From assembly GCA_020056715.1 (NCBI GenBank), contig JAGVHG010000057.1:1256-65255 (forward strand): 64,000 nt of DNA, given 5' to 3'. The notes beneath the pieces were generated by a model. It was not told where the DNA came from. It saw only the letters and a list, made by a program, of their open reading frames with translations, and did no database searches. Below, one piece after another: positions 29,301 to 37,827 of the stretch (position 1 is the first letter of the stretch; the number at the start of each line of letters is the position of its first letter). The DNA comes from Phycisphaerae bacterium. GTDB taxonomy: Bacteria; Planctomycetota; Phycisphaerae; UBA1845. The translations under genes and the position numbers were made by a program.

Positions 29301-29573
29301 TGAAACGCCATAGAACGAGACCGAGCGGATCTCATCAACGCCCGGAATGCCTTGCATAGCCCATTCAATGGGGAAGGTGATCTGCTTCTCGATCTCGACC
29401 GGCGAAAGCCCGGTCACCGCGGTGTTGATCTGCACTTGCTTGTTGGTGATGTCCGGCACGGCATCGATGTTGAGCCGGGTAAAATTCCAGGTGCCCAGCG
29501 CCGCCAAGGCGATCGTCGCGAGGACAATTAGCAGCCGCTGTTGGGTCGAAAAACGTAGGATGCGTTCAATCAT
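26328..29573 (-). CDS. CusA/CzcA-family heavy-metal efflux RND transporter (pump 1)
   Basis: MIERILRFSTQQRLLIVL...AVPDITNKQVQI and RND architecture throughout. Start placed at ATG 29573. Confidence 0.92.
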   Translation of the reverse strand: MIERILRFSTQQRLLIVLATIALAALGTWNFTRLNIDAVPDITNKQVQINTAVTGLSPVEIEKQITFPIEWAMQGIPGVDEIRSVSFYGVSQVTVILKDEVDLYRARQLVAERLGQAAESLPVGVSTPVMGPIWTGLGEIYFWSVNAAGPKPDGTPYTPTDLRTIQDWVIKPQLRSVPGITEVNSIGGYDKQYHVTPDPMKLIAYGLGFRDVLEALAANNANVGGGYIEHGGEQYIIRSTGLIESMDDIRNIKLGAVDGSPIFVKDVAEVGLGKELRTGSGTANGHEAVVGTAILLYGENSRTVAHSVARKLDEINKTLPENVSVTTLYDRTYLVDATLETVRKNLTEGAILVVIVLFLLLGNVRAAVIVALAIPLSMLFAITGMVQNQISANLMSLGAIDFGIIVDGAVVLVENLMRRLGQRQLELGRRLTGGERLQLVEEASREVGRPVVFGVAIIMIVYLPILTLSGVEGKMFRPMAQVVLLALAGAMILTFTTVPALAALLLGGRIAEREVALVRWAKAVYQPIVTWAVQYRGAVVCGAVLILGGTLLLAGTMGSEFVPKLGEGAIALQPTRMPSIALTSSVEMQEQVEQALLKAFPEEIASIFSRTGTSEVVTDVCGPEVSDTYIMLKPRPQWTKAHTQEELVEAMEEVVRKLPGQNYEFSQPIELRMNELIAGVRGDLAVKVYGDDLEQMLKYANQVAAELRNIRGAQDIKIEAVAGLPFVTIQIDRPTVARYGLNVADVQHVVETALGGANAGQVIEGDRRFELVVRLPESLRSNIQAIGAMPVPLPAERRTEDRTQPTQVAALASSEYASLVGDAGRSMPGYIPLSSVARIKIDEGPRMIRRENGHRRVVVQCNIRGGRDLGSFVAEAQDRVEKKLGRLPEGYWLGWGGQFENLIGARERLTIVVPLALGLIFILLFATFNSLRQALLVFTGVPLALTGGILALWLRGIPFSISAGVGFIALSGVAVLNGLVMVSFINQLRQEGKDVLEAIVQGSLTRLRPVLMTALVASLGFVPMALATGTGAEVQKPLATVVIGGLISSTLLTLVVLPAIYVMFGGRDVSQPRLQGRETTT

Positions 29574-29725
29574 AACGACACTCCGATGCACACCCGGCCG
29601 CTCGCTCCGGCAGGACGTGGTTTAATAGCATGTTCATTCTGGTCGGCGCACGACACGGCTGCATCGTCGGCAGGGTCCAAGCCTTCGATGCAAATGCTTA
29701 TCCGGCCCATCCGCTTCTCCTCCAT
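29570..29725 (-). CDS. Possible 51-aa small ORF translationally coupled to RND pump 1
   Basis: Hand translation: MEEKRMGRISICIEGLDPADDAAVSCADQNEHAIKPRPAGASGRVCIGVSL. Its TGA overlaps the pump ATG (ATGA) and it starts 14 nt after the P-II stop. The RBS is weak, so it may be spurious. Confidence 0.25.
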   Translation of the reverse strand: MEEKRMGRISICIEGLDPADDAAVSCADQNEHAIKPRPAGASGRVCIGVSL

Positions 29726-29739
29726 AGAAACCGTCTTCT

Positions 29740-30090
29740 TCACACCGCTTCCTCCTGTTCCTGACCCGTGCGAATTCGGACGACCCGCGCCAGGTCAATC
29801 ACCGTGACGACGCCGTCGCCCGGGTTTCCGGTATGGGCGGCTTCGCGGATCGCCCGCACGATGTCGTCACAAGCCTCGTCCGGGCAGAACACTTCCAGCT
29901 TGGTCATCTTCTTGAAGAAGGCCGTCTCTTCAGTCGCCACGTAAGCGCCGGATCGGCCGCGCCCGCGGCCCTGGCCGTGGCAGTCGCTGACCGTAACGCC
30001 CGGAAAGTGCGGCAAGCTGTGCAAGCGCTCCATCACATGGTTAAGCATGTGCGGCTGAATAATCGCTTTGATCTCTTTCATCGTGTTCAC
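29740..30090 (-). CDS. P-II (GlnB-like) family protein embedded in the efflux operon
   Basis: MKEIKAIIQPHML..V..L......GVTVSDCHGQGRGRG... ferredoxin-like P-II pattern. 116 aa. Confidence 0.7.
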   Translation of the reverse strand: MNTMKEIKAIIQPHMLNHVMERLHSLPHFPGVTVSDCHGQGRGRGRSGAYVATEETAFFKKMTKLEVFCPDEACDDIVRAIREAAHTGNPGDGVVTVIDLARVVRIRTGQEQEEAV

Positions 30091-30132
30091 TCCGTTGACC
30101 GGGCCTGTGAGTGTTCAGTCCCGCGAGGGGCG

Positions 30133-31422
30133 CTAGTGTTCATGTACCGCCTCGCGCTTCCCAAGGTCAGCTTTCAGAATCGATGCTCCTTTGACCGCGA
30201 AGCGCTCGCCCGGTCGCAAGCCGGAGACGATATCGGCGTGCGTTGGGCTGGTCCGCCCAACGACGACCGGCCGTGGTTGGAAAACGATGTTTCCTTTCTC
30301 GCTACCCTCCTCAGCGATGAAGACCACAGTCTGGTTCTTGAGGCGCTGGATGGCGTCCAGCGGCACCAGAACCGGGACTTCGGCGGAATTGAGCACGATC
30401 GCCGCCGTGATGAACGTACCGGGCCGCCATTGGCGTTGAGTGTTCGGCAGATCGACTCGGGCCAGCGCCGATCGCGTTGTTTCGCTAAGCACGGACGCGA
30501 TGTATGCAATGGTTCCGGTTGCCTTGGCGCCGTCGCCGGCAACCTGGATATGAACCGTTTGCCCCACGCGCACTTGGCCGACATCCTGGGCGTAGACCGT
30601 AATGTTCGCCCACACGGTGGAGAGGTCGGCGAGCATGAAAGCGTCCGTCTGGTCGTTGACCACCTCGCCCAACGCGCAGTGTTTGGCGATCACCGTTCCG
30701 GTAAACGGCCCCCGCAGTTCGTACAGGGTTAGCTTACCGGGTTCATTGGTCAGCTCGGCGGTACCCTGTTGGGAAAGTCCGATCGCGTGCAGTTTGTTTT
30801 CTGCGACACGCAGTTCGATCTCGGCCTCGGCCAATTGCTTGCTGGCGTTCAGGAAGTCGAGCTCCGGAAGGATCTTCTTCGCCTTCAGATCCTCCGAAGT
30901 TTTGAACGTGGCTTGGGCCAGTGACAGACGCTCCTTGCCCGCGAGGTACGTCCCCTTGGCCTCCGCCAGCTCGCGACTTTCGATGATCGCCATCACCTCC
31001 CCGGGCTGAACCTCCTCACCCAGGAACTTGCGTACCTCACGCACGATGCCGCCGACGCGGGGGACGACGTGAGCCACGCGGTCTGCGTTCAGAGCGATTT
31101 CACCGGGCAAACTGAGCATCTGTTCCAACCGACCGCCGGCGGCCTCCGCGACTTCAACGCCCATTTGGGCACGCACTTCGGCGGAGAGCGCAATGCCTTC
31201 CTCCTCGTGCGATTCCCCCTCACTTCCGTGGTCTTCGTGATCGCCCACGCTCGCCTTTTGCCCGTGTTCGGCCTCAGAATGGCCGTCGCCCTCAGGTTGG
31301 TCCCCGGGAGCAGCGACACCGTGCTCCTCCCGGGCCTGTAACCAGAAATACGTCCCGGCGCTGCCACCGCCTACGCCCAGAAGAAGTGCTAACGCACAGA
31401 TAACGGTCGCTCGTGTGTTCAT
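30133..31422 (-). CDS. Efflux RND periplasmic adaptor (MFP) with His/Glu/Asp-rich N-terminal region
   Basis: GDGHSEAEHGQKASVGDHEDHGSEGESHEEEG metal-binding-like stretch followed by an MFP core. Confidence 0.85.
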   Translation of the reverse strand: MNTRATVICALALLLGVGGGSAGTYFWLQAREEHGVAAPGDQPEGDGHSEAEHGQKASVGDHEDHGSEGESHEEEGIALSAEVRAQMGVEVAEAAGGRLEQMLSLPGEIALNADRVAHVVPRVGGIVREVRKFLGEEVQPGEVMAIIESRELAEAKGTYLAGKERLSLAQATFKTSEDLKAKKILPELDFLNASKQLAEAEIELRVAENKLHAIGLSQQGTAELTNEPGKLTLYELRGPFTGTVIAKHCALGEVVNDQTDAFMLADLSTVWANITVYAQDVGQVRVGQTVHIQVAGDGAKATGTIAYIASVLSETTRSALARVDLPNTQRQWRPGTFITAAIVLNSAEVPVLVPLDAIQRLKNQTVVFIAEEGSEKGNIVFQPRPVVVGRTSPTHADIVSGLRPGERFAVKGASILKADLGKREAVHEH

Positions 31423-31436
31423 ATCGTTTACGTCTC

Positions 31437-31589
31437 CTACAACAGGAAGGCCGCTGTGGCCTGGAGGGCCAACTCGCGCATGAACGTGGCGATGTTCTCG
31501 GCTTCGGTTGGCGTACAGCCGATCAAAGGGATGCAGAACAACGCGGCCAGTGTCATCATCACAACGTTTGCTAACTTTCTTCGATTCAT
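31437..31589 (-). CDS. 50-aa lipoprotein ORF between the OMF and adaptor genes (below the ORF-track size cutoff)
   Basis: Hand translation: MNRRKLANVVMMTLAALFCIPLIGCTPTEAENIATFMRELALQATAAFLL. Basic n-region, hydrophobic core and lipobox LIGC. Its ATG overlaps the OMF stop (ATGA). It ends 14 nt before the adaptor ATG. Confidence 0.5.
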   Translation of the reverse strand: MNRRKLANVVMMTLAALFCIPLIGCTPTEAENIATFMRELALQATAAFLL

Positions 31590-33121
31590 CATTGAGGCGA
31601 CCTCTCTAAAAGTTGATTATCCGCCGAATCCTGGGACGGTCCGGTCGGGACAGTGGATACCAGTTCACGAAACGGCAACCCGACGGTTCGTTCCAATTCA
31701 GGAATGGCGCTGGCTGCGGTTTGGGCGGCATCGATATACCTGGCCCGGCTGTCCAGGAACACGCGCTGGGCTTCGAGCACGGTAAGGAACGATGCCCGTC
31801 CGGCCTGATAGGCGTCGCGCGATAAATCCAGGTTACTTTGTGCCAGCGGGATCGAACGGTCGCGATAGACCTGTGCAACCTTCCAAGCGGTTTGGAGTTT
31901 GTCGACGGCGCCACGAACCTCCTGACTGACGGAGCGTTCGAGCGCCTCCAGGGTCTTGTCCGCTTGCTCGTAGGCGAACCTCGCCTTGGCGATTTGCGCT
32001 TGGTTCTGGTCGAAGAACGGCAGCTCCAAATTGAGGCTCGGGCCGATGATGAGATCGGTGTGCCGCCTACGCGCGGAGCGCGGCTGAATCTCGGGGGCGG
32101 TTAGACCGCCGTTGGCAATCGATGCTCGCGCGGTGTCCGCCAGCACATCACGGCCGCCCTGTGCCTTTCGCTCGCCGCGTTCCAGCTCTAACCCGACATC
32201 AACCCTGGGGAACACTCGCCTGTATTGCTTCAGCAGTTCCGCCTCTGCCGCGGCAACAGTCTGTTCAGCGGCGCGGAGATCGAGTCGAGAACTCATCGCC
32301 ACCTCGACGAGGTGCTCCACGTCCGGCAGCGTGGTAGGCACTTCCGGCAGCGGATCGAGCAGCACCAGGGAATCCGCGTTGCTCGTCAGGCCCAAGAGTG
32401 TGGCCAACGTCCGGCGACGGTCAGCGGCGGCAAGCCGGTCCGACTCGACGGCCAACTCCGCTTGCAACACCGAACTCCGCGAGAGGTTTGTGTCCAGTTC
32501 CGTGGCCGCACCGGCTTGCTGTCGCGCCTGTGCCAGGTCCAGCAGCGTCTTTGCCACCCCAAGATTCTGCTGTCCGATCGCGTGCCGTTCCTGCGCCCCG
32601 ACAGCCTGAAAGTAGGCGGCCTTCGCCTCGGCGGCGAGGCTTGCGGCGCGTCTTGCCAGATCAAGAATCGTCCGATCGAGTAATCGCTCGGCCGCTCGTT
32701 TTCGCGGCGGAATCTGCCACAGATCGGCGATGTTCTGGGCTAGGCCGGCGTTGACGTTGGCGAGTCCTCCGCCCGACGGCAACCGCACGGCAGCACTCAG
32801 CGACGGGTTGGACAGTAATCCCGCTTGGACAAGGTCCGCCCGCGCGACGCCGATGTCCATAAACGCAGCCTGGAGCGAGGGGTTATTCAGCAAACAGATC
32901 TGTACGGCCTCGTCGGCTGTTATCCCGCCTTCTAGGAGTTCGTCGACCCGCGCGGCGCAGGCCTCCTCGTCTCCAGGTTGGTAGACCTCCGCTTGCCCGG
33001 TGGCGCCCGTGATCCGGGCGGCAGCACGATCGTAATCGGGCCGTGGATGGACCGTAGCGCACCCGGCGATCATCAGCCACGCGGTGGAATAGAAGATATT
33101 TCGTCGTTGTTTTCGATCCAT
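31589..33121 (-). CDS. TolC/CzcC-family outer-membrane efflux factor (lipoprotein type)
   Basis: MDRKQRRNIFYSTAWLMIAGC lipobox start at ATG 33121. Two OEP-type helical repeats. Confidence 0.85.
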   Translation of the reverse strand: MDRKQRRNIFYSTAWLMIAGCATVHPRPDYDRAAARITGATGQAEVYQPGDEEACAARVDELLEGGITADEAVQICLLNNPSLQAAFMDIGVARADLVQAGLLSNPSLSAAVRLPSGGGLANVNAGLAQNIADLWQIPPRKRAAERLLDRTILDLARRAASLAAEAKAAYFQAVGAQERHAIGQQNLGVAKTLLDLAQARQQAGAATELDTNLSRSSVLQAELAVESDRLAAADRRRTLATLLGLTSNADSLVLLDPLPEVPTTLPDVEHLVEVAMSSRLDLRAAEQTVAAAEAELLKQYRRVFPRVDVGLELERGERKAQGGRDVLADTARASIANGGLTAPEIQPRSARRRHTDLIIGPSLNLELPFFDQNQAQIAKARFAYEQADKTLEALERSVSQEVRGAVDKLQTAWKVAQVYRDRSIPLAQSNLDLSRDAYQAGRASFLTVLEAQRVFLDSRARYIDAAQTAASAIPELERTVGLPFRELVSTVPTGPSQDSADNQLLERSPQ

Positions 33122-33250
33122 GAGTCGGTTCCCAAAACGTATGTATTCAGCGTACACGCAACACAGGAAATCCGAACCCCAAGCGCAAGCGCGGGGTCGA
33201 CGTTTAAGCCCGTCGCTGGCGCTCCGGGTTCGGTTGGCGTAAAGGATCGA

Positions 33251-33595
33251 CTAGATCAGGAGTGGAAGGTCGCTATCGGCATACGGGCGATTGTCTTGCC
33301 CGGGAGCTTCGACCAAGCGAAGGGTAAATCTGCACAGCATCGCATCGACGGCGACGAGCGGAGCGTGGTCAATCGGCGCGGCGACGAGTTCGGAAAGGTC
33401 GAACGCTCGAACCGACGAGTCGTTCTGAACGATGACGATCACGTTGCACGGATCGTCCGAGCACTCGGTCTCGTGGTCGCAACCGGTCGGAGACTCGCAG
33501 TCGCACGGATGCACGAGCACACCGGCCGTGCAAAGCAACGGTATCGAGAACGCCCAACAGGCCGACAGCAATGTCATGGTTCGACACATAGCCAT
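33251..33595 (-). CDS. Small secreted Cys/Asp/His-rich protein upstream of the efflux operon
   Basis: Signal-like N-terminus, then HPCDCESPTGCDHETECSDDPCN. Same strand, 129 nt upstream of the OMF gene. No family recognised. Confidence 0.45.
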   Translation of the reverse strand: MAMCRTMTLLSACWAFSIPLLCTAGVLVHPCDCESPTGCDHETECSDDPCNVIVIVQNDSSVRAFDLSELVAAPIDHAPLVAVDAMLCRFTLRLVEAPGQDNRPYADSDLPLLI

Positions 33596-33735
33596 ACCTG
33601 AGCTTAATCCCTACTTCATAGCGGGTCAACCGACGATCGTCACCCGCGCGCAACGTGGGAGGAAAATCGTCTCAGACTTATCGGCACATGGCCCACCCGG
33701 CTCCAGGAACTCCGAGCACAACCACTAGCCGGCCT

Positions 33736-36273
33736 TTAAGGAGGCGGGCAGGTGGTGCCACGCGTCGGAAGGGGTTCTCCAAACCAGGGGTCCCACAATT
33801 GCGTTCCGTTCATTAAGTCGATGACGCCGAGGATGTCGGCGGGAGTCACGAGGTTGGAACGGTCGATATCGCAACTGTAAGCCCCCCACACCGGACCCTC
33901 GGGGCACGGGCCGCTCGGCCCGCCAAGGCAGCAGTCGACGTGCTCACCAACATCCAACGCATCGATAAACGCGACGCCGTCTACGTTCGCGGGGTCGGCG
34001 ATATATTCAATAAACCTAACATCTCCCTGACCCTCATCGGCTCCAAGATACTCAATGGTGGTGACCCCGCCCGCTGTGATCGCATGGTTGAGCACCAGTT
34101 CGTAGACGCCGGTGCCGTGGTAGGTGACGCCCGCGATCGCGATGTTGTTTGCGCCGAGTATCGGGTCGACGCGTGTTTCGCATAATTTGAAACACTCTTG
34201 GTCGATAACCGGCTCGACTGGTCGGAGGACGATGATGATGGATTCACGGACTGAGCCTGATGCTCCGGGCGATCCGATCCCTTGCCGGGGAGTGGACGCA
34301 GTGGCGGAGTTCGGCTGCCGGGCGTCCACCGTGCCGGACGTTGGTAACGCTCCGATGATGGTCTTTCTCGGACAGGGGTCACAGACGTCGTAGATGCCGT
34401 TGTTGTTCAAATCGTAGCCACAAGACCCGCCGGGACACTCCAAAGCATCGAAGCATTTCCCGCCGGTGTTGGAACCGTCCAAGCATACGCCGCAAAATGA
34501 CCCAGGGCCGAGAGGAGTGCCGAAGATGGGGGAGGCCTCGCACACCGAAGCAGTCGCGAGACCGCACAGCCCGTTCGGATTGCAGCACGCGTTCTTACAT
34601 TCCCCGACCAGAAGTGTGTAGTTCCCGGACGCACCGCTGCGACCGGATACTCGGATGGTGTACGTGGTGCCCGCCGTGACATCGAGCGTGACTTTGGATT
34701 GCGGGGAGCAAACGTTTCCGTCGTCATTGCACGCCAGTTGCGTTCCGACGCCCGGACTGGGACATTGATCATAGACGGCCAGCGTCGTATCAAACGAACT
34801 GCCGCATGTAGTGATATCCACGCGGCCCGTGCAGTCCGCCGTCCAACAATTCCATACGTCCAATGTGTCGTTGGTGGCACAAGTGGTGATGTCCGTCCCT
34901 GTGGCCGCACGGGTTCGACCGTGGTATGCCACGCCGGTCTCGACGCGGATGCAATCCGTACACGCATCGTTCGTCGGCGGCGTAATCGGACAGGCGTAAC
35001 TCGGACAACTTCCGCCTTGGAACCAAGTGCCGTTTTGATTCTGGCAATCCACTTCGGTCTGGGTGCCGAGGCAGACGCCGTCGTCGCAGCACGCCCCGCT
35101 GGGCGGCGGGATGATGCTGCAGCTCAATCTCATCGTGCCGCTTCCCTGATAACCGAAGTAGCCGCCGATCCGAATCGTGAGGCACTGCCCGGTGACAACG
35201 GGTACCGTCGCGTACGAATGAATGCCGCAACCGCCGAAGTCGTCATTGCAATCCAAAGGAGGGCTTTCCACGGGACAGTCGTGAATCACCGAACATGTCG
35301 GAGAATTGTAGACCGCGACCTTGGTGTCATAGTTACTGTTGCAAAGGTCGACGGTTAGGTTTCCGATGCACGTGGCCGTGTACCGGTACCAGATGTCCGA
35401 TCCAATGTCGGAGTACGAAAGGAAATTGCATGCCGTAGGCTCGTCGGGACCGTCCGTGGTCGCCCCGATGGTGCTGAAGGCGGTGTCACCATCCGTCACT
35501 GGAATCTGGTCGCGACAACCGTCATTCGCCACTAAGAGGGATTTTTCGGTCTGCAACGAGAGCCGCACTCCGTTGAATCCGTTGCCCGCGCCATTGGGCA
35601 ACGTGATTTCGACCACGCCGTTCCACGGAACTGAAAAGAAGCTGATGGCGTCGAACGGTCCGGCCACGACCACGTCGTTTGTAAGAAACTCAATGGTCGC
35701 AGTGAGGATAGTATCCAAACCGACCCAGGTCAGCGCATCCACCAGACCGATCGCGAAACAGGCGTCCGTCAATGGATGGCCGCCCTGGTTCAACCCAAGT
35801 GGAAACAAATCCGTGCCCGTCTGGGATCGGGTGAGGATAGTAATTTCTCGGCGTCCATCGGGTAGTGCGGTGTCCGACTCGGTGACTATCGGGATCGTTC
35901 CATAAAGGTCGGTCCGGATCGCTTCGGGGAACCCGTCGAAATTGACAACGTCGTCGGGCGCACCGGGGAGCGTGGGAATGAATAAGCACGTGACCGACTG
36001 TGGCCCGTTTCCGTCCAGATCGGCGCCCACACGGTGATTGACGCTGTAGGTGGTGCCGGTCGGACTGGCGACCACTGACGGCTGGAATTCATAGGCCTCT
36101 CCGGAAACGTACAGCAGCTCACAGTCGTCACCGCACCCGGGCCGTATGTTCCAGCCACCGGGCCGAACGACGACCTCGCCGGCGCTGATCGCCACGAACG
36201 AAAGAGCAACCGTAAGAAACCCGCCGAGCGCGCGGCCGGCACGTAATGAGTAAAGTGATCCGTGGGTCAACAT
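33736..36273 (-). CDS. Large secreted Cys-rich repeat protein with C-terminal dockerin-like segment
   Basis: ATG 36273 is preceded by the SD-like ggggggaag. Signal peptide. Repeated modules ...D(I/V)W(Y/N)..TA.C.G.(L/V).(V/I).(L/T)C.S..DT..AVY... C-terminal DIDRSNLVTPADILGVIDLMNG. Confidence 0.7.
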   Translation of the reverse strand: MLTHGSLYSLRAGRALGGFLTVALSFVAISAGEVVVRPGGWNIRPGCGDDCELLYVSGEAYEFQPSVVASPTGTTYSVNHRVGADLDGNGPQSVTCLFIPTLPGAPDDVVNFDGFPEAIRTDLYGTIPIVTESDTALPDGRREITILTRSQTGTDLFPLGLNQGGHPLTDACFAIGLVDALTWVGLDTILTATIEFLTNDVVVAGPFDAISFFSVPWNGVVEITLPNGAGNGFNGVRLSLQTEKSLLVANDGCRDQIPVTDGDTAFSTIGATTDGPDEPTACNFLSYSDIGSDIWYRYTATCIGNLTVDLCNSNYDTKVAVYNSPTCSVIHDCPVESPPLDCNDDFGGCGIHSYATVPVVTGQCLTIRIGGYFGYQGSGTMRLSCSIIPPPSGACCDDGVCLGTQTEVDCQNQNGTWFQGGSCPSYACPITPPTNDACTDCIRVETGVAYHGRTRAATGTDITTCATNDTLDVWNCWTADCTGRVDITTCGSSFDTTLAVYDQCPSPGVGTQLACNDDGNVCSPQSKVTLDVTAGTTYTIRVSGRSGASGNYTLLVGECKNACCNPNGLCGLATASVCEASPIFGTPLGPGSFCGVCLDGSNTGGKCFDALECPGGSCGYDLNNNGIYDVCDPCPRKTIIGALPTSGTVDARQPNSATASTPRQGIGSPGASGSVRESIIIVLRPVEPVIDQECFKLCETRVDPILGANNIAIAGVTYHGTGVYELVLNHAITAGGVTTIEYLGADEGQGDVRFIEYIADPANVDGVAFIDALDVGEHVDCCLGGPSGPCPEGPVWGAYSCDIDRSNLVTPADILGVIDLMNGTQLWDPWFGEPLPTRGTTCPPP

Positions 36274-36536
36274 TTTTCTTCCCCCCAGGCTTCCGCCTGC
36301 CTTTCGAGGATGCAACGCCTCGTCGTGCCCACCGACGATCTGCCTATCCCGACGATAGACCGATAACCCTTACGGCAAGCTCGGCGTATGTAACATATGA
36401 TACCCGTCTCGGACGCCGATTCCACCCCGAGCGCGACGTTCATTGTACGTATTCCGCACAGGACGTAACATGCCCTAAGAGCGGATTTGTAGTAGATGCA
36501 CGGTTGTGTTTACGTTATGGGTTGAGGAAAGTCGAA

Positions 36537-37529
36537 ATGAAATTAATATTCCGATGGTTTTCGGCCCTTGGCGTCGTAGCGCCCATGCTTGCAGCCGGTT
36601 GCACACCGCCCAGTCTGCTGATTACGCCGGTCAGCGGGCGACGTGGGCTGACAGAGACCGAAATATCCCGTGATTCACTTTTCGCCTTCGACAAAATCGC
36701 ATTGATCGACGTCAGCGGCACGATCCAGAACGGGTCCACCATGCGGCTTTTCGGCGAGGGCGAGAATCCCGTGAGCGTGTTGCTCGAGCAGTTGGACAAG
36801 GCCCGTCGCGACCCCTTGGTTAAGGCCATGATCCTACGCATCAATTCGCCGGGCGGTACCGTAGTGGCCAGCGAGCTGATGCACGACGAGATCATCCACT
36901 TCAAAAAGAGCGGCAAGCCCGTGGTTGCGGTGATGATGGATGTTGCGGCCAGCGGAGGATACTACATCGCCTGCGCCTGTGACGAGATCGTGGCACAACC
37001 TTCGACCATCACGGGCAGCATCGGCGTCATCATGCTCATGTTCGATGTGAGCGGCACGATGCAAAAGATCGGCGTCAGGTCCGACGCCATCACCTCCGGC
37101 GTCCACAAGGACAGCGGTTCGCCGTTCCGCCCCATGAGGCCCGAGGAACGGCAGTTGTTCGAGAACGTGGTCAAGGACATGTACGATCGCTTCGTCAAGG
37201 TAGTCGACGAGGGCCGACCCGCACTCGACGAGGCCAAGGTCCGCTCGCTTGCCGACGGACGCATCTACACCGCCAACCAGGCCGTCGAGTTGGGGCTGAT
37301 CGACAGGATCGCCTCCCTGCGAGAAACGATCGAGGCCACGAAGAAACGCGTCGGCGTGAAGAACGTACGCTTGGTGGCCTATCAACGTGCGAGTGAATAC
37401 CGGCCCAACTACTACGCCCAGGCCCCTGCGACGCCGACGGGGAACATCAACCTGCTCAACGTGGACATGGCCTCCGCCCTGACCCCGCCCACGCCGCAGT
37501 TCTTGTATCTGTGGACCCCGGGGCAATAG
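36537..37529 (+). CDS. sppA: Signal peptide peptidase SppA (36K type)
   Basis: INSPGGTVVASE and AASGGYYIACACDEIVAQPSTITGSIGV motifs. Lipoprotein-like N-terminus from ATG 36537. Confidence 0.88.
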   Translation: MKLIFRWFSALGVVAPMLAAGCTPPSLLITPVSGRRGLTETEISRDSLFAFDKIALIDVSGTIQNGSTMRLFGEGENPVSVLLEQLDKARRDPLVKAMILRINSPGGTVVASELMHDEIIHFKKSGKPVVAVMMDVAASGGYYIACACDEIVAQPSTITGSIGVIMLMFDVSGTMQKIGVRSDAITSGVHKDSGSPFRPMRPEERQLFENVVKDMYDRFVKVVDEGRPALDEAKVRSLADGRIYTANQAVELGLIDRIASLRETIEATKKRVGVKNVRLVAYQRASEYRPNYYAQAPATPTGNINLLNVDMASALTPPTPQFLYLWTPGQ

Positions 37530-37795
37530 GCATCATATTAACGCTTCGCACCGCGGCTCACGGGCTGCGGCGCTGCTGCTGCTCGCATCCGAACCCGGAG
37601 CGCAAGTGACGTGATAAGTGCCACACGTTGTCACTTGCGATGTTCCACGTGGAACAAAACTCACACTCCCGGCGCGCACCGCTACCGGTCCGCCGTCCAC
37701 CTACTGACACGGTCGTAATCGTACAGTCTCTACCCCTATAACTTGACGGGTGATCGGTGGAGACCGCGTGATCGACCGATCATGCGCCGACCGCC

Positions 37796-37827
37796 AATTA
37801 CGAATTACAAATGACGAATTACAAAAG
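37796..37827. repeat. Direct heptamer array AATTACG/AATTACA/AATGACG overlapping the res stop codon
   Basis: aattacgaattacaaatgacgaattacaaaag. No inverted partner seen nearby. Confidence 0.7.
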
